A DNA stretch of 64,000 nt from Candidatus Methylomirabilia bacterium (GCA_046758965.1 JBHIBG010000001.1:32001-96000), one strand, 5' to 3'; shown: positions 21,149 through 31,058, counted from the first letter of the stretch. The notes: generated by a model from the letters alone, not told the origin. Program-made: numbers and translations.

Positions 21149-21271
21149 GGAATCCAGGGCTCGCACCTCCCACCCGGATATCCGGGTGGCCTACCGGCCT
21201 AGGGTTCTTGAGCCACCGCTGCCCCCGATGGGAGTAAAGGGCTCATCGTCTGCCCTGGCGGTGCGGGCATA

Positions 21272-21299
21272 AGGTCCGATAAGAGGAATTATGTAACCT
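21272..21299. other. dif-like XerC/XerD recombination site
   Basis: AGGTCCGATAA-GAGGAA-TTATGTAACCT: 11-6-11 layout with the ATAA-N6-TTATGT core; intergenic. Confidence 0.7.
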
Positions 21300-21344
21300 T
21301 CCTGGCCGACCTGGCCTGCCCCCTGACCGGGGTGCCGAACCGTG

Positions 21345-22001
21345 CTACTCGGGAGTCTCCCCCGACAGCCTGGCGAGCAGAATACGCACCTCCTCCGCCC
21401 GCGGGCTCTGGGGACGGTCGGTCAGAAAGCGCCGGTAGGTTTCGAGAGCCTGGGTGCGCTGGCCCAGGAGGGCGTGTAGGCGGGCGACATTCAGGAGGAG
21501 CTCCTCGTACAGGAACTCGTGCGGGGCGAGGCCCTGGAGGCCTGCCTGGAAGGCGGCCAGGGCGTTGGGGTAGTCCCTGTCGGCTTCCCAGGCGTAGCCC
21601 AGTCCCAGTCGGGCGAGCGCTCGGATAGTGGTAGCGCTGGCCTGGTCAAAGGCCAGCTGGTAGGCCTCGCGGGCCCCTGCGAACTCTTTGACCTTGAAGC
21701 GGAGGTCGCCGAGTTGGAGAGCCGCCTGGGGGAGGGCGCTCAGGCGGGGATAGCGATCCACCACGGTCTCGAGCGCCGTGATGGCAGCGTGGCTGAGGTC
21801 TGGCGAGGCCTCGGGAGCTGAGGCCTGCCGGGCGCGTGAGGTGGCCAGGGCAAGCTCCGCGAGCCCCCGCGTCTCGTAGGAAGAGCCCCAGAGCCAGAAT
21901 CCGGAGGCCGCGAGGAGCGCGAGCAGGAAAACGGCGGCGGAGGCGAGTAACCAGCGCCAGCGAGCGGACGGCTCCCGCAGAGAACGGCCTGGAGCTACCA
22001 T
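21345..22001 (-). CDS. Membrane-anchored TPR protein (YfgM-like)
   Basis: N-terminal TM helix followed by TPR-like helical repeats. Confidence 0.8.
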   Translation of the reverse strand: MVAPGRSLREPSARWRWLLASAAVFLLALLAASGFWLWGSSYETRGLAELALATSRARQASAPEASPDLSHAAITALETVVDRYPRLSALPQAALQLGDLRFKVKEFAGAREAYQLAFDQASATTIRALARLGLGYAWEADRDYPNALAAFQAGLQGLAPHEFLYEELLLNVARLHALLGQRTQALETYRRFLTDRPQSPRAEEVRILLARLSGETPE

Positions 22002-22152
22002 GGCTCAGAACAGTGCAGCGGCATCAACTGACAAGGTAAATCTACCAGGCGGACGCGCTGCGGACAACAGGTGGGAGGCCTCGGCTCGGTTCCGCCGACC
22101 GAGGCGTCGGCCAGCCTGCGCTCGGCAGCACCCTCCCCTGCTCCGCGGTCCT

Positions 22153-22333
22153 TCACGCCCGGCGCTCGAGCGCCAGCCCTGGGACGATGCGAGCGTTCGG
22201 TAGCCGGCGAAACAGTTCAGGTGAAAGCTTGCCCTCCGGCAGGCTGAATACTGTGACGCCACCGACCGTCATGCCGGTCAGTTGCATCATCTCGTCAGCG
22301 GAAGCAAAGGAGAGTATCGGGCTCGCGGCTCAT
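22153..22333 (-). pseudogene. YbaK/EbsC-family remnant
   Basis: SFASADEMMQLTGMTVGGVTVFSLPEG joined directly to C-terminal KLSPELFRRLPNARIVPGLA; middle and N-terminus missing. Confidence 0.65.
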
Positions 22334-22370
22334 GGGCGAGCTTGCTCGATTGTCCAGCCCAAAACCTCCG

Positions 22371-22592
22371 CTAGCAAGGCCTGGGAGCATTGGGTTGCTC
22401 CCATGTCAGCCTCCTGCCCGTCAGCCTCAAGACAGCGGCGTCGTGGGCGGGCCGACGGCCCGTGGAGCGCGCGAGCACATCGCCCCCGAGGGTCCCGCTC
22501 CGGTTCATGGGATCCTCCCTCTGGAGCTGGCGGGAGACCCGATAGGGATCGGCGATCACCTCGGGCAGCCTCGGGTTGTAGTCGACGGCCAC
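22371..22592 (-). pseudogene. Cytochrome P450 N-terminal remnant
   Basis: RBS, then YNPRLPEVIADPY...LQREDP...LGG.VLAR, a typical bacterial P450 start; similarity then ends. Confidence 0.55.
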
Positions 22593-22623
22593 GCTCGTAC
22601 TCCTTCGTTGCGAACGGCTGGGA

Positions 22624-23085
22624 CTATGAAGCGTAGTAGCGGTAGATCGCCTCGGCCACACACACCGGCTTATCGCCGCCTTCGACTTCGAACGACAGAC
22701 CCACGGTCACCTGCTGGCCACCGGGCACATCTTCCACGCTGTTGAGCGTGCCCCGCAGCCTGACTCGCTTGCCCACCGGCAGAGGAGCTGGGAAGCGCAG
22801 GCGGTTGAGGCCGTAATTCAACCCCATGCGAACGCCTTCGACAGACCAGATCTGGTGGATGAGATAGGGAGCGAGGGAGAGGGTGTAATACCCGTGGGCT
22901 ACCGGACCGCCAAAGGGCGATTCTTTCTTGGCGCGTTCCACATCCACGTGGATCCACTGATGGTCGTGTGTGGCGCCGGCAAAGCCGTTGATCTCCTCCT
23001 GGGTGACCAGATGCCAGTCGGAGACTCCGAGCTCCTGCCCGACCAGCGACTTGACGTCTTTGTAGTCGATCACCTTCGCTGTCAT
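22624..23085 (-). CDS. MaoC-family dehydratase
   Basis: FAGATHDHQWIHVD, PFGGPVAHG, NYGLNRLRFPAP. Confidence 0.93.
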   Translation of the reverse strand: MTAKVIDYKDVKSLVGQELGVSDWHLVTQEEINGFAGATHDHQWIHVDVERAKKESPFGGPVAHGYYTLSLAPYLIHQIWSVEGVRMGLNYGLNRLRFPAPLPVGKRVRLRGTLNSVEDVPGGQQVTVGLSFEVEGGDKPVCVAEAIYRYYAS

Positions 23086-23112
23086 AACGCGTTCCTCCGT
23101 TTTCATCAACAT

Positions 23113-23538
23113 CGGGGCCTCCAGCGCAACCAGCCCAGAGTGGGGGAGAGCGAGCGTGGGTCGAGTTGTTGATCGTCCCAGAGCTGCCTACTGCCGGTCA
23201 AACGCACGCACACCCTCCGAGCCGAGCTCGTGGAGCGTCTTCGCCGCGATCCCCACCAGTTCGTTCTCGCGAATGCCCGGCCGGAGCGCACAGTACAGCT
23301 CCTCGTCCACAGCGTCGACCATCATGGCCGCGGTGTTCAGGAGGATGATTTCATCGCGGGTCTTGATGCGTCGTGTTCGTGATGTACGGGATGTTGTACA
23401 TGTCAAAGCAGAGCACGCCACCCAGTTCGGACGGCTCCAGTTCGGTCCTCACCCGCGCCAGCCGATTCCACCGGAGGCGGTCGAAGTTCACCCGCTCTTC
23501 CCATCGACGCCCATCGTCCTGAACGTCGGCACTGTCAT
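23113..23538 (-). pseudogene. M24 (Xaa-Pro peptidase family) pseudogene
   Basis: Frameshifted MGVD(W)EERVNFDRLR start and RIKTRDEI...LRPGIRENELVG segment; metal-binding C-terminal core absent. Confidence 0.7.
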
Positions 23539-24443
23539 CACGGACTCCCCTGTGCCTTCGGGCTGGCGGGCAGCCCGCTCATGCAAGCCAGGATGTCGAA
23601 CACCACCGCGAAGTCGTGCTCCGTCACGCCGAGCCCCCGGGCCGCGGTCAGCACCTCCTGCGCCAAGGCGGTGCTGGGGAGCGGTACGCCGCCGGCCCGG
23701 CCCAACTCGAGAGCCAGCTGCAGGTCCTTCTGCATCATGGCGACGTTGAACCAGGCCTCCTGCGGCATCTGGAGCACGAAAGGCCCACGGTACTTCAGCA
23801 TCGGCGAGGCGACGACGCTTGTGAGCAGCGCCTCCACGGCCCGCTCGCGCGCGATCCCTCCCTTCTCGGCCAGCAACACCGCCTCGCTGAAGGCCAGCAT
23901 CTGCACCGCCAGGCAGAGGTTTGTGGCGATCTTCATCGTCACCGCGGATCCGAGCGGCCCCACGTGCGTGATCGTCGGTCCGATCGCGAGCAGGCACGGA
24001 CGCACGCGCTCGAGCACGGTAGCCTCACCACCGACGAGGATTGAGAGCTGACCGCGCTCCAGGGTGACGATGCTTCCCGACACGGGCGCATCCAGCATCG
24101 CCGCGCCCCGGGACCCGGCCTGCGCGCCCAGCATGCGCGTGACGGCCGGGCTCACCGTGCTCATCTCGACCCAGGTCGCCCCGGCGCGGAGGCCCGCGAC
24201 GATCCCCTCGGGGCCGAGCGCCACGGCGCGTAGCGCTTCCGTATCGGACACCATGCTCAAAACGACGTCTGCACCCTCGGCCGCGGCGCGGGGTGACTCC
24301 CCCATGCACATCCCCTCCGCGACCAGCGGCTTGGCCTTTGCGCGCGTCCGGTTGTAGCCGACGACTCCGTGGCCGGCCACGAGCAGCCTCCGCACCATGC
24401 GGCTGCCCATCGCCCCAAGCCCGACAAACCCGAACGTCGCCAT
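23538..24443 (-). CDS. NAD(P)-dependent beta-hydroxyacid dehydrogenase (3-hydroxyisobutyrate DH family)
   Basis: GFVGLGAMG, DAPVSG, catalytic K in MKIATN, KDLQLA. Confidence 0.93.
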   Translation of the reverse strand: MATFGFVGLGAMGSRMVRRLLVAGHGVVGYNRTRAKAKPLVAEGMCMGESPRAAAEGADVVLSMVSDTEALRAVALGPEGIVAGLRAGATWVEMSTVSPAVTRMLGAQAGSRGAAMLDAPVSGSIVTLERGQLSILVGGEATVLERVRPCLLAIGPTITHVGPLGSAVTMKIATNLCLAVQMLAFSEAVLLAEKGGIARERAVEALLTSVVASPMLKYRGPFVLQMPQEAWFNVAMMQKDLQLALELGRAGGVPLPSTALAQEVLTAARGLGVTEHDFAVVFDILACMSGLPASPKAQGSP

Positions 24444-24874
24444 CAACCCTCGTCGACGACCGCGATCGCGCTGATCTCCACCTTGCAGCGCGGATGAGTC
24501 GCCAGGCGTGCGACCTCGACGGTCGTGGTCGTCGGCAGATGGCTGCCCAGGTAGGACGCCCAGACCCGGTTGAGCTCATCCTGCTCGCTCACGTTCGTGA
24601 GGTAGCGCGTCACGGCGACGAGGTCGGAGAGGCTCGAGTCGGCAGCCTCGAGCGTCTTCTTGAGGTTCTCCATCGTCAGCACCGCCTGCTCCCGCATGTC
24701 GGGGGGCAGATCGAACTCCTCCTCGCGGTGCGGGTGGCTGTGGTAGACAGGCGCGGCTGTGACGCCCGAGACGAATATGAGTCGCCCCCGGCGCACGACG
24801 ATCGCCGGGGCGTACGGCATCACTACGTCAGGACGCCGATTCGCGTGGTGAACGATCGACAGTTCCTTGGCCAT
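24443..24874 (-). CDS. RidA/YjgF-family protein
   Basis: PYAPA, FVSG, NRVWASY, VEISAIA; lacks the canonical PAR Arg (PTTTT instead). Confidence 0.88.
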   Translation of the reverse strand: MAKELSIVHHANRRPDVVMPYAPAIVVRRGRLIFVSGVTAAPVYHSHPHREEEFDLPPDMREQAVLTMENLKKTLEAADSSLSDLVAVTRYLTNVSEQDELNRVWASYLGSHLPTTTTVEVARLATHPRCKVEISAIAVVDEG

Positions 24875-25557
24875 ACGGGATTCACCACCAGGCGAAAGCG
24901 AGACCCGAGCGGCGCGAGGAGCCCGAGGGACTCGTCGGCTCGATGGCGACCTTACACCACCACGACGCTGCCGTTGATGTCAAGTGTGGTCTCCCCGTGA
25001 TCTGGCCGGCGGGGTCCGACACTAGGCAGAGCGCCGGATCGGCGCTCTGCATGCTCCGGTTCGCTTGCTGGCCGGAAACGAGGCCAAAACCCTTGGCGTG
25101 AGCAAGGAGATCTCACACCACGCTGGCACGGACCCCTGCTCCACGGCCGGAATACTCCAGAGGACGGAACCGAAGAGGCTGGCCTGTGGAACTTCGCGGC
25201 GTCGTCCGAGCCACGTGGCGACAGTGAAAGGCCGCTCGTGGCGGTGCCCGTGCGGCCCTTTGCTGGATGCGACCACGTGACGACAGAGCCAACGATATTA
25301 ATAGGTTATCAATATCTCGATGAGATATCACTGAAAGCATTATCGTATACCGGCATCGCCTCCCAAACCGATGCTGCCGCTGGTGCCGAATTCCCCTACC
25401 CTCCTCCGCCGGTCTTCCCCTGCCCTCATCTGTGGGCTACGATACCGGCCCGTGGGGGCCCTAACGGGCTCAGGGCGCTGGTGGTCCGTTGACTTTCGAA
25501 CGCAGCCGTCTGCTCCTAGGGGACGCGGCGGAGGCGGGCGCTTTGGGGGAATGAGGG

Positions 25558-26694
25558 ATGAAGATTCGAGAGATCAGGACGTACCGATTACGGGCGGAGC
25601 TTTCTGAAGACGAGGTGTTTGCCTCCTCCAAGGGGTGGCATAAGGCCAGGACGGCATCGCTGGTCGAGGTTGTCTCGGACGAAGGTGTCAGCGGCTTCGG
25701 AGAGGCCTATGGGCCAGCGGCAGGGAGCCGGACCATCGTGGAGGAACTCTATAAGCCTCTCCTGCTCGGGAGGGACCCTCTGGAGATCCAGGTCCTCTGG
25801 GAAGAGCTGTATAACACCTTCCGAGATTACGGAAGAAAAGGGCTGCCCATCGCCGCCCTCTCGGCCGTGGACATCGCCTTGTGGGATTTGAAAGGAAAGG
25901 TGTTGGGGCTGCCTATCTCTACGCTGCTAGGCGGGGCGTTCCGGACAGAGGTGCAGGCCTATGCCACGGGCCTCTATCGCCGTGGCGTCTCCGATCAAGC
26001 GCGGGCGTTGGCCGACGAAGCTAGGGCGTACGTCTCCGAGGGCTTCCGCGCCATGAAGCTGAAGGTCGGCTTTGGCATCGAGGAGGACCTCCGAAACGTC
26101 CGAGCGGTCAGAGAGGCGATAGGAGAAGAGCGGCGCTTGATGGTGGATGCCAATCACGCCTACGACGCCACCCAGGCGATCCGGCTCGGCCGCCTGATGG
26201 AACCATACAACCTGTATTGGTTCGAAGAGCCCGTCGTGCCGGAAGACCTCGACGGCTACCTTCAGGTGAAGCAAGCCTTGAGGATCCCGCTCGCAGGAGG
26301 GGAAGCGGAGTATACGCGCTGGGGTTTTAGAGAGTTGATCACAAAACGGGCGGTAGACATTGTGCAGCCGGACATCTGCGCATGCGGGGGGGTCAGTGAG
26401 GCTCTGAAGATCTGGGCACTCGCGTCAACCTGGGGGATCACCTACTACCCGCACGTGTGGGGATCGGCTGTGGGTCTTTACGCTAGCTTACAGCTGTCAG
26501 CAGCCCTGCCTCCGAACCCCCTCGCCCTCTATCCGGCCGGGCTGCTCTTCGAACTCGACCGGACACCGAATCCCTTCCGCGAGAACCTCGCTACCGAGCC
26601 TCTTGTCCGGAAAAGGGATATGATCGAGATCCCGACAGGGCCTGGCCTGGGATTGGAACTTGATCGGGACGTGCTGGCGCAGTATGCTGGCTAG
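25558..26694 (+). CDS. Mandelate racemase/enolase superfamily, D-galactarolactone cycloisomerase-like
   Basis: DIALWDLKGK, KLKVG, DANH, FEEP, GGE, PHVWG, ELDRTPNPFR, GPGLG. Confidence 0.9.
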   Translation: MKIREIRTYRLRAELSEDEVFASSKGWHKARTASLVEVVSDEGVSGFGEAYGPAAGSRTIVEELYKPLLLGRDPLEIQVLWEELYNTFRDYGRKGLPIAALSAVDIALWDLKGKVLGLPISTLLGGAFRTEVQAYATGLYRRGVSDQARALADEARAYVSEGFRAMKLKVGFGIEEDLRNVRAVREAIGEERRLMVDANHAYDATQAIRLGRLMEPYNLYWFEEPVVPEDLDGYLQVKQALRIPLAGGEAEYTRWGFRELITKRAVDIVQPDICACGGVSEALKIWALASTWGITYYPHVWGSAVGLYASLQLSAALPPNPLALYPAGLLFELDRTPNPFRENLATEPLVRKRDMIEIPTGPGLGLELDRDVLAQYAG

Positions 26695-26818
26695 CGTGCC
26701 GCAGCAAGTCGAGCCGGAGACGCCCACGGTTGTGCCCGATCGCGGCGTCGGCGATCGAGACGCGGTGACGGATCGGGTGCAGCTCGTCGAGGGACCGCAG
26801 GCGAGAGGAGGCGGCTAG

Positions 26819-27028
26819 ATGATGAGCCTGTTCGGATCTTTTACCTTCACCTGGTGGCAGGTGGGGCTCCTGAAACTCTCGATGGTTGCCCTGGGGCTCG
26901 CGGTCGGTGCGACCTGGTCCGAAGCGTTTGCTGAGTGGCTGGCTCTGCTGTGGGCTCTTTTTGTCATTCCGGCTCTTTACCTCGGCATTGTGGGGTATAA
27001 ACAGCTGCTGAGCGTCGGCCGAAGTTAG
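26819..27028 (+). CDS. Small two-TM membrane protein
   Basis: GAGGAGG RBS; 69 aa with two hydrophobic helices. Confidence 0.6.
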   Translation: MMSLFGSFTFTWWQVGLLKLSMVALGLAVGATWSEAFAEWLALLWALFVIPALYLGIVGYKQLLSVGRS

Positions 27029-27089
27029 CTGGCGACCTCTCGGTGACACCCTTCTCCGACACGCCCTGCCCGTTGGCTCGAGCGCCTGT

Positions 27090-28337
27090 TCAATCGTTGT
27101 CCTGCCTCACCCCCACGCACGTCGTGACCGGGAACTGGCGACTGAACACTCTTCTGAAGGTGTTCCACTCCCGATTGGCAAGCTCCTGGTGCACCCAGGC
27201 TTCGGCGTTCGTGATCTCTTCGCCCAGCAGCCCTGACTGGGCTGTCCCTCGGGTCACGATCAGGTAGTCGATCTCATTCTTCGGGGTCAAGGGCACCCCG
27301 GCCAGCTGGGTTGCGGGGTAGGTCGCCCCGGCAAGCACAGCCCATTCGCCGCTGTTCAGCTCCTCGAAGAACCGCTCCCGCTTGTCGTCATAGTTGCTGG
27401 CGTTGAAGTTGCCGCCGAGGAGTATGTCGAACTCCCCTGAGGGGAGGACCGTGCCGTCTGTCCTGGCCTCCGCCAACTTCCGGAGCAGGAGGGCCATGGC
27501 AGCGTCATGATTGCGGGTTCGGTGCTTGCCTGACGCCAGATGGAGGCCCACGATGAGCAGATCATTCTGGGGCTGGCCGTTGTGGAGGAAGGTAAAGTGC
27601 CCCATGAGGGGATTGCGGGTGAAGAGATCGCTCCCCTCGACGATGATGCGGGGCACTGGGATTTCGGCGGCGGCGTTGAGGCGGGCGTAGCGGGAGTCCC
27701 AGAGGAGCGCCACCCGCTGGCTGCCGCCGGAGCGAGTGATGAGGTACTGGAACGAGGGGCCGAGCTCTCTGAGCAGGGCGTCGAGCTCCGCTGACCGGGG
27801 CTGGACCTCTCCCGCCTCTTCCCGCTCCTCTCCATTGATCTCGTTCAGGATCAGAATCTTGGCGGCCACAGCGTCCCGAATGGCTGCGGCGATCGCGGTG
27901 AGATCCAGGGCCGTTCGAGGCAGATAGGTTGGCCCGCCTCGGCCGTTCTCGGGAAACCCACGCTTCTTGCCGCTGTGGAACTGCTCGAGGTTCCAGGTTC
28001 CGACGCGATAGCAAAGGCCGCTGGGGGCGGGGCCGGCAGGCACTATCTGGGCGACGTAGCGCGGGGTGATCCAGGCGGAGTTACCGGCCCCGTCGTCCAC
28101 CTGAAACCAGCCGGTGGTCGCGTCAACCGCCGTGACAGTGACGGTCATGCCTCCGGGAAAGCTATGGGACACGCCCGGGTTTCCAGGTGCCGGGTGGCCA
28201 GGAACCCCGAAGGCCCGCTCGACCAGGAGGACTCGGTCGCCGACACTCTGGGCCCTGGCGGGCAGCGCGGACATAGTGACAGCGAGGAGGGCTAAAAGGG
28301 CAGCACGGGCGAGAAGGCTTATGCGCAAGGTATACAT
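27090..28337 (-). CDS. Secreted SH3-like + endonuclease/exonuclease/phosphatase (EEP) domain protein with degenerate catalytic motifs
   Basis: Signal peptide; SH3b-like GWFQV...AWI..RYV; EEP motifs GTWNLE, LNEI, GLHLAS, GGNFN, IDYL, SRQFPV. Confidence 0.8.
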   Translation of the reverse strand: MYTLRISLLARAALLALLAVTMSALPARAQSVGDRVLLVERAFGVPGHPAPGNPGVSHSFPGGMTVTVTAVDATTGWFQVDDGAGNSAWITPRYVAQIVPAGPAPSGLCYRVGTWNLEQFHSGKKRGFPENGRGGPTYLPRTALDLTAIAAAIRDAVAAKILILNEINGEEREEAGEVQPRSAELDALLRELGPSFQYLITRSGGSQRVALLWDSRYARLNAAAEIPVPRIIVEGSDLFTRNPLMGHFTFLHNGQPQNDLLIVGLHLASGKHRTRNHDAAMALLLRKLAEARTDGTVLPSGEFDILLGGNFNASNYDDKRERFFEELNSGEWAVLAGATYPATQLAGVPLTPKNEIDYLIVTRGTAQSGLLGEEITNAEAWVHQELANREWNTFRRVFSRQFPVTTCVGVRQDND

Positions 28338-28389
28338 AGCTACCGGATCAACAGCTACATTTTCATTGTGCGGGGGGCGCCCGGCGGCT

Positions 28390-28640
28390 GTCAAGTTATT
28401 GGCGAGGGGCGGATTCATGGCGCTGTGGCTCAGGAGGCGGGCTGGGCCTTGCTCGAACGCATGGCCTATGACGGCCACGAACGGTTCCCCTCCGCGACGC
28501 TCCCGGACTACGCCCTGCCCGCCGTTGACCAGGTACCGTCTGTCGAGGCGGTGCTCGTCGAAATGCCGTCGGCCTCCGGCCCGTTCGGGGCCAAAGGGGT
28601 TAGCGGGCCGCCCCTCATCGCGACCGGCTCTTGTCGCCCC
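28390..28640 (+). pseudogene. C-terminal fragment of a xanthine-dehydrogenase-family molybdopterin subunit
   Basis: EGRIHGAVAQ..GWALLE, DYALP, GPFGAKGV; no upstream part. Confidence 0.75.
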
Positions 28641-28777
28641 GCCTGCTTTGCGCTTATATGTATGCGTGAGAAGCGACAAGGTTCAGGTCACACGTTGCAT
28701 TCTCGTTCCCGCCTCGACGGATGAGAGGATTCGGGAGCTTGGCTCCCGGTGCCGAGCGCGGCAAGGAGGCTCGAGCT

Positions 28778-29413
28778 ATGACAATTCGCATCACACGCGT
28801 GTACACGCGGACCGGCGATGGAGGGACTACTGGTCTGGTTGGGGGCAAGCGCGTGCCGAAAGATTCACCGCGGATCGCAGCCTACGGCTCGATCGACGAG
28901 CTCAACACGGTGCTCGGTCTCGCGCGCGTCTTCAACGCAGAGCGGCTCGAGGAAGGTGACAAGCACCGCTGGCTCGACGAGGTGTTCCGACGCCTCCAGA
29001 ACGAGCTCTTCGATCTGGGTAGCGAGCTGGCAACGCCCGAGGACGCGGTCTATGAGGGGATGTTCAGAACCGGCGACGCCGAGGTGAAGGAGCTCGAGAC
29101 GCTCATTGACCGCTGCCAGAAGGAGCTCGAGCCGCTCGAGTCGTTCGTCCTGCCGGGCGGCGGGCGCATCAGCGGGTTCCTTCATCAGTGCCGCACGGAG
29201 TGCCGCCGCGCGGAGCGCGAGATCCTCGCCCTCTCCCGCGTGGAGCCGGTCGGCGAGGGAGTGCTCCGCTATCTGAACCGGCTGAGCGACCTCTTCTTCG
29301 TGCTGTCGCGCTGGGTCGGCAAACATCTCGGGGAGAGCGAGTACCTGTGGGAGCGGGGGCTTCAAAGCCACGCGCGCAAGAGGCGGGAGCGACACGTCTC
29401 GAAGGGCGGCTAG
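28778..29413 (+). CDS. ATP:cob(I)alamin adenosyltransferase (PduO type)
   Basis: VYTRTGDGGTT, AYGSIDELN, FVLPGG, CRRAER, YLNRLSDLFF. Confidence 0.95.
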   Translation: MTIRITRVYTRTGDGGTTGLVGGKRVPKDSPRIAAYGSIDELNTVLGLARVFNAERLEEGDKHRWLDEVFRRLQNELFDLGSELATPEDAVYEGMFRTGDAEVKELETLIDRCQKELEPLESFVLPGGGRISGFLHQCRTECRRAEREILALSRVEPVGEGVLRYLNRLSDLFFVLSRWVGKHLGESEYLWERGLQSHARKRRERHVSKGG

Positions 29414-29473
29414 TGGCGCCCGGTGGGGGAACGGCGGGGCCGAAGCCCCGGGCCGGTGGATCGCCGGCGTGGG

Positions 29474-29869
29474 TCAGGCGCAGCCGGATCGCGGCGTGCC
29501 AGGCGCCCGACCAGGGACGAGGGAGCAGGCGAACGTCGCGGGATGCTCGCGGTATTCGTCGAGTGTGGCCCGGAGCCGTGCCAGAGTCCGCTCACGCTTG
29601 GCGAGGCCCAAGCCGTAGATTGCCAGGTCGTTCACGAGCCGCACGTAGAAGAGGTGGTGCGCCTCCCCACCTTCGCGCATCACGCACGGAGAGGGCTTCT
29701 GGGCTATGCGCAGGGGCCCGCCAAAGGCGTTCACGTACTCCGCCAGGATCGGTTCGTCAGAGAGGTCTCGGGGCACCTCGGGGAACCGGGCCAGGAACTC
29801 GTCCACCGTGATCGGCGTGCGCGCCGCCCGCCTCTTCTCCTCGAGCTCACGCGACAGAGGAATCTGCAT
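29474..29869 (-). CDS. Hypothetical protein
   Basis: 131-aa ORF with natural composition; no family recognised. Confidence 0.55.
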   Translation of the reverse strand: MQIPLSRELEEKRRAARTPITVDEFLARFPEVPRDLSDEPILAEYVNAFGGPLRIAQKPSPCVMREGGEAHHLFYVRLVNDLAIYGLGLAKRERTLARLRATLDEYREHPATFACSLVPGRAPGTPRSGCA

Positions 29870-29918
29870 GGTCAGGCCCGAGTATAGCCCCTCCCACCGC
29901 GGTAGACAACTCAGAGAG

Positions 29919-30947
29919 TTGAGATCGGGGGATCGGCCGAGCAAGACGATCGCCGCCCTCGTGGTGGCTTCGTGCTTGCTCTTTCCGCTCCCCGGTGTCG
30001 ATGGAGGAGCGCTGGCTGGCCCCGGGACCGCTATCAGCGTGGAGGTGATCCCCATCGAGTTGGATCCCGAGGCTCCCGGCCGCGAGGAGCTCGGTGCTCT
30101 CCGCTTTCTCAGCGGGTTTGAGCTGCGCTCGGCGGATCCGCGCTTCGGCGGGCTGTCAGGGCTGGAGTTGAGCGTCCAAGGCGATTCACTTTACGCGGTG
30201 TCTGACCACGGCTACTGGCTCTCGGCGAGGCTGCGCCACGATGCGACAGGCCGGCTGACGGGCCTCAGTGCGTGGGAGATCGCTCCCCTGCTGGCACCCG
30301 CCGGAGGCCCGCTTGTGAGTCGCCGGCTCCGCGACGCTGAGGCGCTGGTGCGGGACAGGGACGGCTCCTTCGTCGTCGCCTTCGAGCGCGCGCATCGTCT
30401 TTGGCGGTATCCGCCGGCCCCGGCCGCTCTCACCTCTCCGCCGCACTCCGTTGCCACTCCTGATGAGCTTGCGGGGGCGCCTGCCAATGGCGGAGTGGAG
30501 GCCGTGACGGTCCTCCGCGACGGGCGCCTTCTGGCGCTCACAGAAAAGTACGAGAACCCGGATGGAAGCCTGAAAGGCTGGCTCATCGAGAACGGCCGTT
30601 TTGCGTCCCTCTCGTACCTGCCCTCCGAAGGCTTCAGGCCGACCGACCTCGCGGCCCTGGCAAGCGGTGACGTGTTGCTGCTGGAGCGGCGCTATAGTCT
30701 GGTGGGCGGTCCTGCCGCACGCATCCGGCGGCTTCCGCGAGCCAGCCTGCGGGCCGGGACACAGCTCGGGGGCCCGGAGATCGCTCGGCTCGAGCTGCCG
30801 CTGGCGGTCGACAACTTTGAAGGGCTCGCGGTGCGAGAGGATCCTGAGGGGGGCACGCTTCTGTACCTGATTTCCGATGACAATTACGAATCGTATCAGC
30901 GGACGCTGCTCCTGCAGTTCCGCCTGGGCGCGAGAGGTGAAAACTGA
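29919..30947 (+). CDS. Esterase-like activity of phytase family protein
   Basis: FGGLSGL, AVSDHG, DAEAL, DNFEGL, ISDDN, QRTLLL; signal peptide; start uncertain. Confidence 0.88.
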   Translation: MRSGDRPSKTIAALVVASCLLFPLPGVDGGALAGPGTAISVEVIPIELDPEAPGREELGALRFLSGFELRSADPRFGGLSGLELSVQGDSLYAVSDHGYWLSARLRHDATGRLTGLSAWEIAPLLAPAGGPLVSRRLRDAEALVRDRDGSFVVAFERAHRLWRYPPAPAALTSPPHSVATPDELAGAPANGGVEAVTVLRDGRLLALTEKYENPDGSLKGWLIENGRFASLSYLPSEGFRPTDLAALASGDVLLLERRYSLVGGPAARIRRLPRASLRAGTQLGGPEIARLELPLAVDNFEGLAVREDPEGGTLLYLISDDNYESYQRTLLLQFRLGARGEN

Positions 30948-31058
30948 AACACGCCGGGAGAGGCCTGAAACTGGTGGTGGGACCTGCCGCACGAATGTGG
31001 TGACCAGCGGGAAGCGGAGCTGATACCATATCCAAAGCATGTGACCTGAAGGCCGACA

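Noticed and set aside
25124..25140. Sigma-54-like TGGCACGGACCCCTGCT
   Set aside because: GG-to-GC spacing is 11 nt instead of the strict 10.
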